Of a stretch of DNA of 64,000 bases, positions 23,666 to 37,150 are shown in pieces (within the stretch, counting starts at the first letter, position 1; every line of letters starts with the position of its first letter). The stretch comes from Asterias rubens (lineage: Eukaryota). Under the pieces are notes generated by a model that was given only the letters and a program-made list of their open reading frames with translations, was not told where the DNA came from and did no database searches. The position numbers and the translations under genes were made by a program. The DNA is taken from contig NC_047074.1 of the NCBI RefSeq assembly GCF_902459465.1, forward strand, positions 3,224,001 to 3,288,000, read 5' to 3'.

Positions 23666-24052
23666 TTAAAGGCACTGGACACTATTGATATTTGTCAAAG
23701 ACACAACTTTTCACTTGGTGTATCTCAACATGTGCATAAAATAGCAAACCTGTGAACATTTGGACTGAATTGGTCTTCAAAGTTGCGAGAGAATAATGGA
23801 AGAAAAAACACCCCTTGTCGCACAAGTTGTGTGCTTTCAGATGGCTCGAATTTAAGACCTCAGCCGAGGTCGCGAATTCAGTTCCAATATTTTAGTAAGA
23901 AATTAACTCTTTCTCGAAAAAGACGTTACTTCAGAGGTGGCCGTTTCTCACAATATTTTATATTATCAACACCTCTCCACTGCTCGTTACCAATTAAGTT
24001 TTTACGCTAACATTTCGTTTGAGTGATATTGCCAATAGTGTCCACGCTTTAA
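23666..24052 (+). mobile_element. Family A MITE
   Basis: TTAAAGGCACTGGACACTATTG ... CCAATAGTGTCCACGCTTTAA. Confidence 0.85.
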
Positions 24053-25656
24053 GAACCGAGCGATATGTTTTTGAGTGGGATTAATACACGAAGCATGTTC
24101 AAGAACGAAAGGGAAACTAGAACGGGTTTATAACTAACCATAAAATCATTAGGCTGTATGTTAAAGGGAAGTTATACCTTTGGAAATTCCTCCAAAAATT
24201 GTTGGCCATAAAAAGAAATCACTTGGTGAAGAGCAGAGAGCTGTTCATAGTACACAATATTTTTTTAGAGACGACACCCTTGAAGTTTTGTTTAGTTTAA
24301 AGCCATTGGACGCTTTCGGTAAACAGTTGTCTCACAGTCTCACACTTCATGTATCACAACTTCTACATAAAATAACAAACCTGTGAAAATTTAGGCTCAA
24401 TCGGTTATCGGAGTCGGGAGAAAATCACGGGAAAACCCACCCTTGTTCCTGCACGTTTCGCCGTGTCATGACATGTGTTTAAACAAAATCCGTAATTCTC
24501 GATACCGAGAATTGATATTATTTTAATGTTTTCTCAAAAAGTAAAAGTATTTCATAGAATAATATTTCAACAGAAGTCTTTCACTATTACCTTCTGTAAA
24601 CAGCAAGAAACAGTAAAAGTATGGATACGGTTTTAAGTAGGGTTAAAACACGTTTAAAAACACACATGTTCAGGACTGGCTGAGGAATACAATCAATAGA
24701 TCTCCTTGTGAAGCCGCAAGTCTGTCTAATAGTTCCAACCAATGAATGAGAAATAGGTCAACATTTTCTGTGAAACTGTATTTTTACTGAAAATGGTCGC
24801 TCAACGAATATATTCAAGAATTTAAAAGTCACTCTTTAAAAAAGTATGGGTCTGTGTTCTAGGAGTTTTTCTGGAGAAAAAACGTACCCCCTAAAATAAA
24901 CTAAATAAAAACATATAAACATAATCTTTCAAAAACTATGTTGTCAAGTTTTTGGGCGAGGTTGTTATTTTGTACTTGTACAGTGAACATTCAAACTAAG
25001 AGCTTCAAACAAAAGCGACAATAATTGGCCAACGAATTATACCACAAAAATTAATATTATACATTGATATATATTGATATATTTTTCTGTTAAATGCTCT
25101 AGGGCACTAAAAAAATTAATAATAATATTTAAGGTATTTTAATATGCTTTGAATGATTTACACATCAACATTTAAGTGTTCAAAGTGATCAATTTGTCAC
25201 CCTCAACTCTTTGTCAGAACTAAGAGTTGAACAAAATGAGGGTCCACAATCGGAGGCCCTTGGCTTTAGACACTCTTCGGCTGATGCGTGGGTGTGGGGT
25301 GGAAACTGGGTGGTGGTTTCATTACCTCGCCCCCACAGTACGTTTTAAATGAACCCAGATCAAGGCTCTACTGGGTATAAAAGAGGAGATGTCAAATATA
25401 AACCAAGGGTCGTCTTACACAATCTGTCAATCTCGCTAGTAGTTTATTACTTGGACGACTTTATTCAGCGCTGTACTTGATGCGTCATTTCCAGAATTTG
25501 ATGGAAAAGTATTCTTTCCATACTACGGGGCATGTTAAAGCGCAGGTTTAGCTCTTAGTAATGCGGTTATCAGGCTTCCCTGCATTCAATGTTTTGCAAC
25601 CAAAACGAAGCAAAAGGGCATGGCATAGTCTGAATCGAAGAAATGTTTGCGTTCCT

Positions 25657-26042
25657 TTAAAGGCTGAATACACCTTTTGGTAAATTGTACTAATATCCTC
25701 ACCTGGTGTATTTCAACATGCATGAAGTAGCAAGCCTGTGAAAAGTGGGCTCAATAGAACATCGAAGCTGCAAGAACATAATGGGGGGAAAACACCACAG
25801 TTGCGTAAAAGTTAATGCTTTCAGATGACTGAGAAATGGCATCATGCCTAAAGCTATTCTCAGATTGAATTTTGTTTTAGGTGAAAAATTACCCCTCTCT
25901 ATAAAACTACATTACTTTCAAAGGGTGTCAATTCTACATGGTTTTGTAATTAAGTCAATATAGCTCTCCAGTGCTCTTTACCAAGTCAGTTTGTATGGCC
26001 ATTAACTTTTGGAGTAATTACCAAAGGTGTAACCTCCATTTA
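25657..26042 (+). mobile_element. Old diverged family A-related MITE
   Basis: TTAAAGGCTGAATACACCTTTTGGTAA ... TTACCAAAGGTGTAACCTCCATTTAA; interior colinear with family A. Confidence 0.65.
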
Positions 26043-27059
26043 AAGGGCAGAATAACAGACAGAATAGGCAGAACTGTACCGCCTCTTTAAATTACAACAC
26101 GGGGGTGGGGTAGCCAGGGATGGGGTTCGGATTCTGTGCAGTTACTCAGCTTCAAAGTCCCTTCCCCCTCTTCCTTCCACCGGTCACAAAGAAGAGGTTT
26201 TTTGCGTGGGCTTTACTAAAGGTCTTAACCTTGTAAATAAAATTGGTGGCTTGTTTGTCTTGGGCCTGGGGCAGTGTCTTGGTCGAATATGACCCGAAAA
26301 GGGTAGAAATGCCGCCGAGTTCGAGTTTGTGTGTGCAGGGTCAACCTGACCCAGAATAGATCAGGTCCCTGTAGCCTGCTTTTGACAAAAACAGCTAACC
26401 AAAACATTATTGTGATCACCAGAAAAAGGCTACCAGCCAAAATGCTATTTATAAGTTGCTTACATTTTTACTGCAATTTTTACTGCAATTTGAGAGTGTT
26501 TTAAGTGTAGTATATAAATGTGTACTTTTTATAAACTAGGTCTTGGAGGGCACATCTTTTTGATGACAGTTTTGTTTTTACTTTTGCCCTTCTCTGGACG
26601 GCCTGTGCTTGTGTTATTGTTTGTCCGAAGAATTAAAATAAAATAAATAGATAATAAAATACATTTATGGAAATATCTATACAATTGGGACTTGGTGTAG
26701 CACTTAATGCTGCACTGTCTTGTTTTGTGTTCGTTTGTTTGAGTTGTTTGTGTGTGTCCGTCTGTTTATTTTACCCCCCTATGTCGTCTTCTGTGTTGTA
26801 TTGTAGATTCGTTTTTGTCTTCAATGAAATTAAATGGAACCAAATCATTTGCTTCGTCTTTAAGGGGTCTCGCCTACAGCTCACAAGGGTGACAGGTGAT
26901 ACGGACGAGTTGTGAAAAAAAAAACGTTACGGGACAAAACAGGACGGTCATGGGTGATGACTGCAATGGGGGAACCTCCGGGGGGTTTCAGGAAATATCA
27001 CCCCGGTGGTTGGGGAGGGTATAGGGTCTGCCATCTTTGGGGGGGGGGGGGGTAGAGCA

Positions 27060-27660
27060 GGTCTTAGGATGTCATAATGAACTGTTCCTTTTCTGGAATA
27101 TTTAAAAAGTGAGTTGCTCCCCGTAAGCCAAAAGTATACACTTAACTTTTGATGATACAGAAATCCAGACTACACGCGTTGTATACGGGTTGGTTTGTTT
27201 CATTATTTTTTTTCGAGGATACAATGTTTACATTGTACGTGTATTTACAAGGATTTCACTTGAGGTTTAAGGATGCAATAATGAGGAATGAAAAAAAAAC
27301 TGCTTCCCATCAGCTAAACGTACGCTAAACTGTGATGATACGTAAATAATATACAGACGACAATCAACGTACATGGGTTGGTTTGTCTCACATTTTTAGT
27401 TTCGAGTGTAGAATTTCTACATTGTACGTGGGTTTACAAGGTTTGCCTAGCATAACCTTTTCCCTTACGGTTTTAGGATGTCACAATGAGTTTTTCGGCT
27501 GGGATATTATTTTAAAAGTGAGCACTTTTCGGTAGCCAACAGTCAACTTTGATGACACAAACATACATATACAGACTGCACGCGGTGTATATGGATTGGC
27601 TGTGTTTCGAGGATAATTTTTTGACATTCTACGTGCATTTACAGGGTTTGCTCTTAACAT
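27060..27660. repeat. Three diverged ~200 bp tandem units
   Basis: ATACAGAC..G.G.TTGG.T.GT..TTTCGAG..TA.AAT.T.TACATT.TACGTG..TTTACAAGG recurs at ~27165, ~27352 and ~27570. Confidence 0.8.
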
Positions 27661-28609
27661 TTTGCTGTGTGACTTGCCAGCAGGACCCGTAAGCTTTTCA
27701 TTTCACTGGTCCGTCAGCTTTCTTTGCCCTTGTCAAAAACTCATAATAAAACGGCATGTTTTTCAAAACTGAACTAGCCAGCCATACCACTTGGTCAGTT
27801 TTGACTGGAATTTAGGTTTTAAAATGGCATTTTGGCCAGAGGAACACTGGTAAAGGAGAACACTGATGTACTAAATGGGTTGATGTGCCAATTTAAGTTT
27901 CGAACCCACGACCCTCTGAATGCTGGCAGGTATCAAGCCTTACACACAGCCCCCCCCCCCCCCCCCACCCCGCTCGAATCGGAGGCCCGCTCGACTCTCA
28001 GCGAGGTTTAAAGCATTTCCTATTTCTTTGTATAAAAACACCAACGTCTTGCATAGTGACGAGTAATGCGGAGAGGTTAATGGTATAAAACATTAAGAGA
28101 AACGGCTCCCTCTGAATTGCCACAGTTTGGGCGAAAGAAGTAATTTTCCACGAATTTGATTTCGAGACCTCAGATTTAGAACTTGAGGTTTTTCGAAATC
28201 AACCATCTAAAAGCACACAACTTCGTGTGACAAGGGTGTTTTTATCTTTCATTATAATCTCGCAACTTCGATGACCGATTGAGCTCAAATGTTCACAGGT
28301 TATGTTATTTTATGGCCGCCCAGCTCGAATCGGAGGCCAGCCGACTACCAGCGAGGTTAAAACCATTTCCTATTTCTTCGTATAAAAAACACCAACTGAA
28401 ATTACTTTCTTCTCATGTAAATTGTGAAGGATAGAGCAATTACAGTATTTATTGAGGTTAAGTGTTCATTAATTGTCTTTCCTTATAAAGAGGGCGAGCC
28501 GGTTACGCGCCTCAGCAGTCTTTGACCTTGGTTGCCTATCGGGCTTTGTTGTAGTAATAATAATAACTTGGGGTTGAACAAAGAAAAACTGACCTTCGGT
28601 TTATTATTA

Positions 28610-28985
28610 GATAATAATAACAATAACAACATTTGTAGAGTGCTTTATACGTAAGTTTCTAAGCGCAAGAGTTTGAACAATGATTTAAAATTATCCAATG
28701 AAGGTGCTGCTTGAATGTGGGTGGTGATAGCTTGTTCCAAAGTATTGAAGCTATGACCGACAAAACACGATCGCCATACCGTGACATGGTGGGGATCCGA
28801 AAGCTGGAAATATAGCGATGGGCGAAGGCGCCGAGTAGCTGATGATAGTGAAGATGAACGAACAGTTAAGAGATCTTGAAGATTTTATGGGGGAAATTAT
28901 GAGAAACTTTATACACAAAAAGAAGAATATTGACGCATATACGTTGGTAAACTATAACTGTCTTCTAAACAAGAAAATAGTGTGC
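28610..28985 (-). mobile_element. L2-clade LINE 3' remnant
   Basis: Minus-strand translation LRSSS...P...RYGDRVLSVIASILWNKL...AAPSLDNFKS (typical L2 C-terminus) followed by an (ATT)n tail. Confidence 0.7.
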
Positions 28986-30034
28986 TTTCTGTGTGGAAAT
29001 GAAGTCAAGACGCATTAATGGAACTGGCATTGGTAATGTGTTAAAAAGGACGCCACCCTTTTCGCATTCAAAAATACGCTCTTGCATAAAATCAATGACG
29101 TGTTCCATGTGGAATGTTTACACAAAGAATGTAGTTTTGTATTATTGTTGTTGTTTATTTTGTCTTTCGTTTTATACTCCTAATACAACGTTAAAGCAAA
29201 TTAATGTAATAGTTGTTATCGTGACAACAAATATTTTGAATCTATGAATAGTATAAAACTCACACTATCAGCCACAAATCTAATTCCCTGAACACCCGAA
29301 ACAAAATATAACAAACAAACAATCAAGCAAACAATCAAACGAAAGAAATCTAACAAAAAAAAACAAGACAGGCAAACAGCAAAAGAAAAGTGAGATTAGC
29401 CCGTTTTTCATTTTATTTGATGTGATCATGTGATGAAGCGAACAGCAGGCTCATTGACCTTTGCGCCTTTCAACCTTTGACCTCGCTATAGTAATCGTGT
29501 GACGTCACCAAAGTCTGTCACCACAAACGTCGACACCTCGCGTGTTTGTCTCCAAAGTGGCAACGACCGGAACCCGGTAGAGGTTGAGAGAGGGGGGGGG
29601 GGAGCTCTATTCCAAAAAAAGCACCTGCTGAAACGACACCTGTATTCCCCAATGAAAATAAAATACCTAACCCTACAGATTACCGCGTGGATGAACGGCT
29701 CTAAAATTTGTTATTTCTGTCAGGTATCTTTTCCTTTCTCGATACTTTTTGTTTTGTTACTATCTTCTTTTATAGTTATAGATTATGCTGAATTTCCTGT
29801 GCTTCGACCACACACACAGGCGGCTCGAAACACTCAAGCTTGGCATGCTTCCCTCTCCAGGCATTGTATCACCATTGCTGTTGCTATGATAGCCGATATG
29901 ATTTCATATTTTCGTGTCAGAGTGGGGTGTATCACTGGTTAAAAATTGAGACAGAGTAAACACTCATGGCAGCCCTTTAAACTATGATTTAAATATCATT
30001 CAGTCACACACGTCCCTTAGTCATCAGTGAGCCT

Positions 30035-30712
30035 TTAAAGGCAGTGGACATTATTGGCAATTACTCAAAATATTATTATCAGCTTAAAACCTCACTTGGT
30101 AAAGAGTATTATGGGGAGAGGTTGATAGTTTAAAACATTGTGAGAAACAGCTCCCTCTGAAGTGACATAGTTTTCGAGAAAGATGTAAATTTCCACGAAT
30201 TTGATTTCGAGACCTCAAGTTTAGAATTTGAGGTCTCGAAATCAAGCATCAGAAAGCACACAACTTCGTACGACAAGTGTGTTTTTTCTTTCATTATTAT
30301 CTCGCAACTTCGACGACCGATTGAGCTCAAATTTTCACAGGTTTGTTATTTTATGCATATGTTGAGATACACCAGCTGTGAAGACTAATCTTTGACAATT
30401 ACCAATAGTGTCCACTGTCTTTAAAGGCAAAGGACACTATTGGTAATTACTCAAATGAGTTGCTAGCTCAACAAATTTACTTGGTAACGAATAATGGAGA
30501 GCTGTTTGTGGTTTACAATATTTTGAGAAACGGTTCCCTCTAAAGTAACATACTTTTCGAGAAATATTTTATGAATTTGAAAGTAAACAAAATTTAGCAA
30601 CGAGGGTATTTTTTCTTTCATATTCTATTGCAACTTCTCTGACCAAATGAGCCATCATTTTCACAGATTTGTTATATTTTGCATATGTTACTAAACGTGT
30701 CCCGCTTCTTTA
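30035..30712 (-). mobile_element. Two family A MITEs in tandem (30035-30424, 30421-30712) sharing a TTAA
   Basis: Junction CCACTGTCT-TTAA-AGGCAAAGGACAC. Confidence 0.85.
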
Positions 30713-30767
30713 AAGGTGCATGTTTACTGATTGGGTTTTCACGTGATTAAAATCACCTGAATCGCCT

Positions 30768-31010
30768 GTGCCCAATTTCATAGAGCTGATAAGCACCAAA
30801 ATTTGCTTAGCATCAATCTGTTTGCCTTGATAAAAACAGGATTACCAACCAAATTTCCATGTGATCTTCAGGATAAGCAAACAACAGCTGAATACCTGTA
30901 ACAACCAATATGCAACAAATGGAAATTTGATTGGTAATCCTGTTTTTATCAAGGAAGAAATTTCATGCTAAGCAAATTTTTGTGCTAAGCAGCTCTAAGA
31001 AATTGGGCCC
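30768..31010. mobile_element. Family C MITE
   Basis: GTGCCCAATTTCATAGAGCTG ... CAGCTCTAAGAAATTGGGCCC. Confidence 0.85.
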
Positions 31011-31034
31011 AGGTCTTCAAGAAACACAGCATTG

Positions 31035-31450
31035 GAAATTTAACCAAACAAGGTGGTTGCAGAAACTGTCAGCAGCTTGTCATTGCAATATATATTATGC
31101 AAGTGCTTATATCGATTGAAGCAATCGAAATAATCAATGATGATACAGTTTGGGTCTGCATATGTTATTATTCTCGACAAGGGCAGACTTTCTGACAGCA
31201 ATATTTCACTGGAGGGGAAGTCGACTTGTCTTTTTGTCTCACCAAAGGGTGTTGTTGTACGGTTATCCTGTACTCTCATAATGTCCAGACCGACGACAAA
31301 TATCATGATTTGTCTCAACAATTTGACTTATTGCGATAGCGGCAATCATTGATGGTAGTTTGGGTCTTCGTATTATCCATAATATACTCAACAAAAAAGG
31401 CAGTGCTTCTGGCAATACAAAACATAACTATTTCATACATCCTGTGTGTA
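31035..31450 (-). mobile_element. Highly decayed non-LTR reverse transcriptase fragment
   Basis: TPFGETK ... ITYADP ... LHNIYCNDKLLTVSATTLFG resembles the RT segments T..G.T, YADD and L..YC...L.VN..KT..F. Confidence 0.4.
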
Positions 31451-31815
31451 TACTTGTATTGAAATTGATGAGAGAAATGAAACAACAATGATAATATTTT
31501 TTTTAAAGTCTGTGTTTTTATGATGCACACTGGAAAGCAATTTTTAACGTGATGTGAATAATAAATTGAAATTGAAATTGCAAATTGAAATTAATAATTG
31601 TTTGTCTCGAGCTGTCGTAATATTTCGTTTCACAAAGTCGACCTGTATAATGAGTCGAACTATTGTGCTATTTTGTTTCACCAAGTCGACTTGAATTATG
31701 AGTCGAACTGTCGTTATATTTTTTGTTCTCTGAGTCAAGTGCACGCCATTTAAACGTGATCACCTCATGATGAAAGTAGTGTTGTTTACGAAAGCCAGTC
31801 GATGGACATAAATTA

Positions 31816-31944
31816 GGCCGTGTCCGAAACGGCAACTTCGGCTACAGCTACGGCTAGATCGCGCGCATCTGCCTATTCTTCAACACTGGTAGACGCGCTG
31901 ATCTAGACGTAGCTGTAGCCGAAGTCGTCGTTTCGGACACGGCC
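31816..31944. mobile_element. Harbinger-type MITE with 3-bp TSD (TTA)
   Basis: TTA-GGCCGTGTCCGAAACG..CTTCGGCTACAGCTAC ... GTAGCTGTAGCCGAAG..CGTTTCGGACACGGCC-TTA. Confidence 0.88.
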
Positions 31945-32639
31945 TTATACTCTTCATAAAAATAAAAATAAATGAAATTATAAAACAAACATCTAAAAGA
32001 TTTCTCGGTGCTGTAGAACATTGCTCATCGGGCGAGTTCTAATTCCAGATTCAAATACTACCATTCCTTAGAGATGTAGGCATTTTAAAAGTAATGGTCA
32101 GGGTGATTGAAAAAAAGAGGCTTTCATAAATGTACGGTCATTAAACTTGTCTTCAAGATATCCAATACTCTTCCCATACACTCCTCGACCTCACGACATC
32201 CTCTTCATATTCTCTCTTCCATTATCTCATTACTTATTATTACCTTATGGTTTTGTTCATCATATATTAAAGCCCCCCCCCCCACCCCCATTCCCTCTTC
32301 TCTCGCTCTATCTGCACATCTCGTTTTTCCTTCCCCGCGCAATTTCATATATTTTTTTCCAGATCCAGCTTTATGTATAAAATTCTTCGCTCGAGTTGCT
32401 CCTGTATTACTTAAGCAATCACACCTTGCCGGGGTCTCGAGCACTCTTGCTTTCCAATATCCCCTAGGATTGGGGGGACGGTGAAGTCGATGGACGGCGA
32501 GCTATAACATACGCTGGTTGGTTGGCTTTTCCCCTAGCCCACTTTAAAAAAATAAATCGTTGGCTTAATGCAAATGCTGCTCATGATTTGCCTCTTACAT
32601 TTGAAGCACGTTACGTTAGCAAGACTATAGCTATATCAT

Positions 32640-32832
32640 GGGCCCAATTTCATATGAGCCACTTAAGCGGAAAGTGTTTCTTAACAATACTGTCTGCTAA
32701 GCGGAAATGAGCAGGATACCAGTCACAAATTGTACATTTTCATGGTAGTTTGGCTGGTGACCTTATTTTGCTAAGTATAATACTGCCACACTAAGCTAAT
32801 TTGTGTGCTTAACGAGCTCATGAAATTGGGAC
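32640..32832. mobile_element. Family C-related MITE with different interior; relatives at 59985-60172, 63871-64000, 51413-51560
   Basis: GGGCCCAATTTCATATGAGC ... GCTCATGAAATTGGGAC. Confidence 0.7.
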
Positions 32833-34668
32833 ATGATGTCCTTTATATGTATCAAAATCAACCGAGGTTGTTTTTATAAATTGCATAAAACCATAATGTG
32901 ACCAATAGACCAAGATAAATATTATCCGTTAAAGTCATAAAGCAAAAGGAAACAACACAACGAGTCACTGTGTTAACAAAAAAATAAACATGTCAAATGT
33001 AATGTAAAGTAAAATAATACAAATAAAACTGATGAAAAGACATGACAAGCCCAAGAAGATTACAAAATTACAAAAAATTGGAAATTAAACATAAGCAGAT
33101 TGTTTTCGACAAACAGCAATAATACACTGGCTCTTAAGTCTGCTGTGTTTTAAGTGTTGTCGGTTTTAAGGACCTCTCTTGTGTACATTTTACCTTGTAT
33201 ATAAATATTGCTGTGCATTATTTTTAATCCATGCAATAAACATATTTTTATACCTGATATTCTTAATTAATATTTTTATCTGTCTGTTTTTTGTTATACA
33301 ATGTTTAGTGTTTTTGTCTGTACTGTTAAATCAAGGCAAATTTTAATTTATCCAGTGTGGGATAATAAAGTTCTTATAATTATCTTATCTTATTTTATCT
33401 TAATTATATACATTTTTATTGCACTACCACCATCTCTTTAAATGAATGTATACGGTGCAAGACTGAGCCATTTTAAATATAGACTATAAAAGGTCATCTT
33501 TAATGTAAACCCATGTAATCCATTCAAGAAGACTGACAGGAAAATAGTCCGGTGCCATTCTGTAGTGTTTGAATCTGCACCCGTGTGTGTCATCTCAGAC
33601 TGGGAACAAGACTGAAATGTCCAGAGCATGATGGGATTTTATTACATCAGCCCCGAACACGAACGCAAATTCCAGCATTGGTTAACTACCTCGCATCCCC
33701 AAAATATATAACAAATACCAATGCAGGTACGAGAACTGACTATATGATTATGCATGTAGGTCGTAAATTTATCACATTCTCGATTCAGCGGGGAAATTTT
33801 ACAATTTGGATCTGGGAAGCTAAAATGTCCTAGAACTATAATCGAATAAGATTGTAATGAAATAAGTGAATAACTCGCATTAGCTTTAATGAATTATGCT
33901 AGAGCTGAAAGGGTCTCTGCTCCTACAGAATCCGTACATGGATTTTATAATCATCGTAAAACGGACTGGATATTCCAGCTGAGAGCCACACAAAAGACAT
34001 ATTTTTCTTGGGTTAATTTAAAGAACGCCCACACAATACATTTTTTTGTAGATAAATGATATACCACTGTGTATAAAAAAAAAAGGATAATTGCATGTAC
34101 AAATTATGACCAACTAATAAAAAGTAGACTCACTTGTTGTTGTAATTGGAGATCGTCCACTTATTGTTTAGGGTTTGTGATAAAACGTATTTTTGTTTTG
34201 TTTATTTTACATGAATATATCAAACAAAAAGATGGATTGTCTAGATAAATGAAGATAGCTTTGCGAACCCATTACAATAGTATTTCTTTAAGCCCTTTTA
34301 ACCATGTCTGTTTTAGTTATACAATTAACTTAAAGTACATTGTAAGCTCACAATATCGTTTCAAATAATTGAGGACGAGTTGAAGATTGTTGTTCAGATT
34401 ATCTCCCTGTCAGGGGAACTCGGAAAACTACCAGTGTATCACAAGGCGTATTACCAAGCTGGCACCAACCACCAACCTCTCTCATACAAACATTGGTTTA
34501 GCGTCTGTGATTTTGAATCGCAGATAGCAGGAAATTGTGATTCGGCAGGCACCCTTACTAGGAGACGAAACTTATTCGACTCATTGTGAAATCAGTGGTT
34601 AGCTTGGTAGGATTCGAGCCTACATCAATACTATACCCTTCCATGCCTCTATTTACATTATACACTCG

Positions 34669-35050
34669 TTTAAAGACACTGGACACTATTGGTAATTGTC
34701 AAAGACCAGTATTCTTACTTGGGGTATCTCAACATATACACAAAGTAACAAACCTCTGAAAATTTGAGCTAAATTGGTCGCCGAAGTTGCGAGGTAATAA
34801 TGAAAGAAAACTAACCTTGCCGCATGAAGTTGTGTGCTTTAAGATGCCTGATTTCGAGACCTCAAATTCTAAACTTGAGGTCTCGAAATCAAATTCGTGG
34901 AAAATTACTTCTTTCTCGAAAACTACGTCACTTCAGAGGGAGCTGTTTCTCACAATGTTTTATACTATCAACCTCTCCCCATTACTCGTAATCAAGAAAG
35001 GTTTTATGATAACAATTATTCTGAGTACCAATAGTGTCCACTGCCTTTAA
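34669..35050 (+). mobile_element. Family A MITE
   Basis: Full TIRs and internal hairpin. Confidence 0.88.
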
Positions 35051-35415
35051 GGGAACAGTACATAATTTGTTTTTGCTAACTAAATAGTTGTTGGCAGTGT
35101 TTGCACTTTATCATATACATAAACTGACACACCTGTAAAAGTTTGAGATCGATCGGCCATCTGTGTCACGAGAAAATAGTGAAAACCGACAACAAATTTT
35201 TCATTGCATCGATGCCAAAACAAAAATGCATAAAACGCTCACTGAGCGATAAACTCCGAACGCGAAATTAAATTATTTATAACACATCAAATAATTTATG
35301 ACGTTTAAGACAGAAATATTACAAGGGATGTTTTCTACTCTCACCGTGTTAGTTTTATGTAAATCTGTGATCTTCACGATTTATGTTTCTAACCAATTCT
35401 GTAACGTTCCTTTAA
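35047..35415. mobile_element. TTAA-flanked MITE, family L, abutting the family A copy
   Basis: TTAA-GGGAACAGTAC... and ...TGTAACGTTCCT-TTAA inverted termini. Confidence 0.65.
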
Positions 35416-36519
35416 ATCCAAACAAAAAAGGCATTATATTGTTGTGTTCAAATCTCAAAGTGTGTGCTAAAGTTAGAGGACTCGTGACTGTCTCCTTCCG
35501 TGTACCTCATTTGAAGCTACACCCGCTGTGAAAATAAACTTAGCAATTTGGATCATTTTCCAAATTGGTCTGCTAACCTCAGTCGGTAGCTCGAGACGAA
35601 CAAATAGATGGTTTCCATGCGTGGTCCACTGCCTTTAGTAGAAATACTTCGGCCTTGGTTTGTTTTTTTTCTAAGACGTGACCTAGAAACATTGCCAAGG
35701 TTCCGCTAATTTGTCCCCATACGCCAATCATGCACTTGGCCCATCTGTTTAGCAATTGGTTTTTCATAACCCCGTTAGTCCCCCATGCTATTATTTCAAT
35801 GTCAAGATTAATAATTACACACAGACAGATGATGAGGTTTATAATGAAACAATCCAATATTGTGCTAGGGGCAAGGAAGTAAAAAAAAACAAAGTAGAGA
35901 CAAGTAACGTTTTACAGCCTTGGGGCGTGTTCCACTAGTGAACTGTATGTAATGTCTCCCCTTCAGACTTGGAGGCCGTATGATATATATGACATTTGCA
36001 AATAATCAAGTTGGTTCACTTTGCGTGAGATACGGTGTTTTAATTTCCCCGCACGGGCAGATGGTTAAAGACGGAGCTGGGTGCAAAACCGGCCTCCACG
36101 GCAAAAAGCGAATTTCATTAGGATATAGGTGTTATATTTGGAGTTTGCCTGCCAACTTGTACGGTATCCTTTGACCATTTTGCGGGTGTCTGGAGTAGAA
36201 TTGATGCTCTAGTTTAGCATTGTGCCGTTTAGTAAACATTTCCACCAGGGTGTTTGTTGATGCAACGTTAAGTATCATTCACTCAACATGTTTGTATGAG
36301 AGAGACGTCTTTTTCTTCTTTTACAGACAGTAAAGAAACTTTGTCAATGGCATTGTACGCTCAGTTTACTACCTTTAACTCCGTAACAATTACAACGCAA
36401 CGTATATCTCATGATACTGTAAGTTATCACTCATGCAAGCGCGGGTGGAACACAGACTGTAGCACTTCTAACTGTCCATTTGCTGTGTGTGTGGTAGAAC
36501 TGCATTGACACTCCCATTA

Positions 36520-37150
36520 ATGCAATTCTATATCCTCACATAATCCACAACAAGAAACACATACTCTGTTTCATAAACCCGAAACTTTAACAAGCCCCCC
36601 CCCCCCCCGAAGGTCTCGCTGTTCTTCCCTTGGTCGTCCGCCTTCATGTTTGTGCAACTCCATACAATGTATACACAAGAAACATGTTTCATAAACCCGT
36701 ATAAGGGAATGTTACCCCCCCCCCCCCCCCCACAGGAATATCTCGCCTTTCTCCCCTTGGTCGTCTGCCTTTTCATTTTGTGCAACTCTATATCCTCACT
36801 TAATTGACAACAAGAAACACATACTCCGTTTCATAAACCAGGGATGTTACCCCCCCCCCCCCCCCCCCCCCGCCGTAGATGTCGCTTTTCTCCCCTTGGT
36901 CGTCCGCCTTTTCATTTTGTGCAATTCTATATCCTCACTTTAAATTGACTTCGAGAAACACATACTCTGTTTCATAAACCAGGGATGTTAACGATCAAAC
37001 TCCCCTCGAAGATCTCGCTTTTCATCCCTTGGTTGTCCGCCTTTTCATTTTGTGCAATATCCTCACTTAATTTTCTACAAGAAACACATACTCTGTTCCA
37101 GGGATGTCCACGATCAAACTCCCTGAAGATTCTGGTTGTCCTCCCCCCCA
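36520..37150. repeat. Minisatellite, ~130 bp unit, about 5 copies, variable poly-C core
   Basis: Repeated CTATATCCTCAC..CAAGAAACACATACTC.GTTTCATAAACC..(C)n..CTCGC..TTCTCCCCTTGGTCGTCCGCCTTTTCATTTTGTGCAA. Confidence 0.9.
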
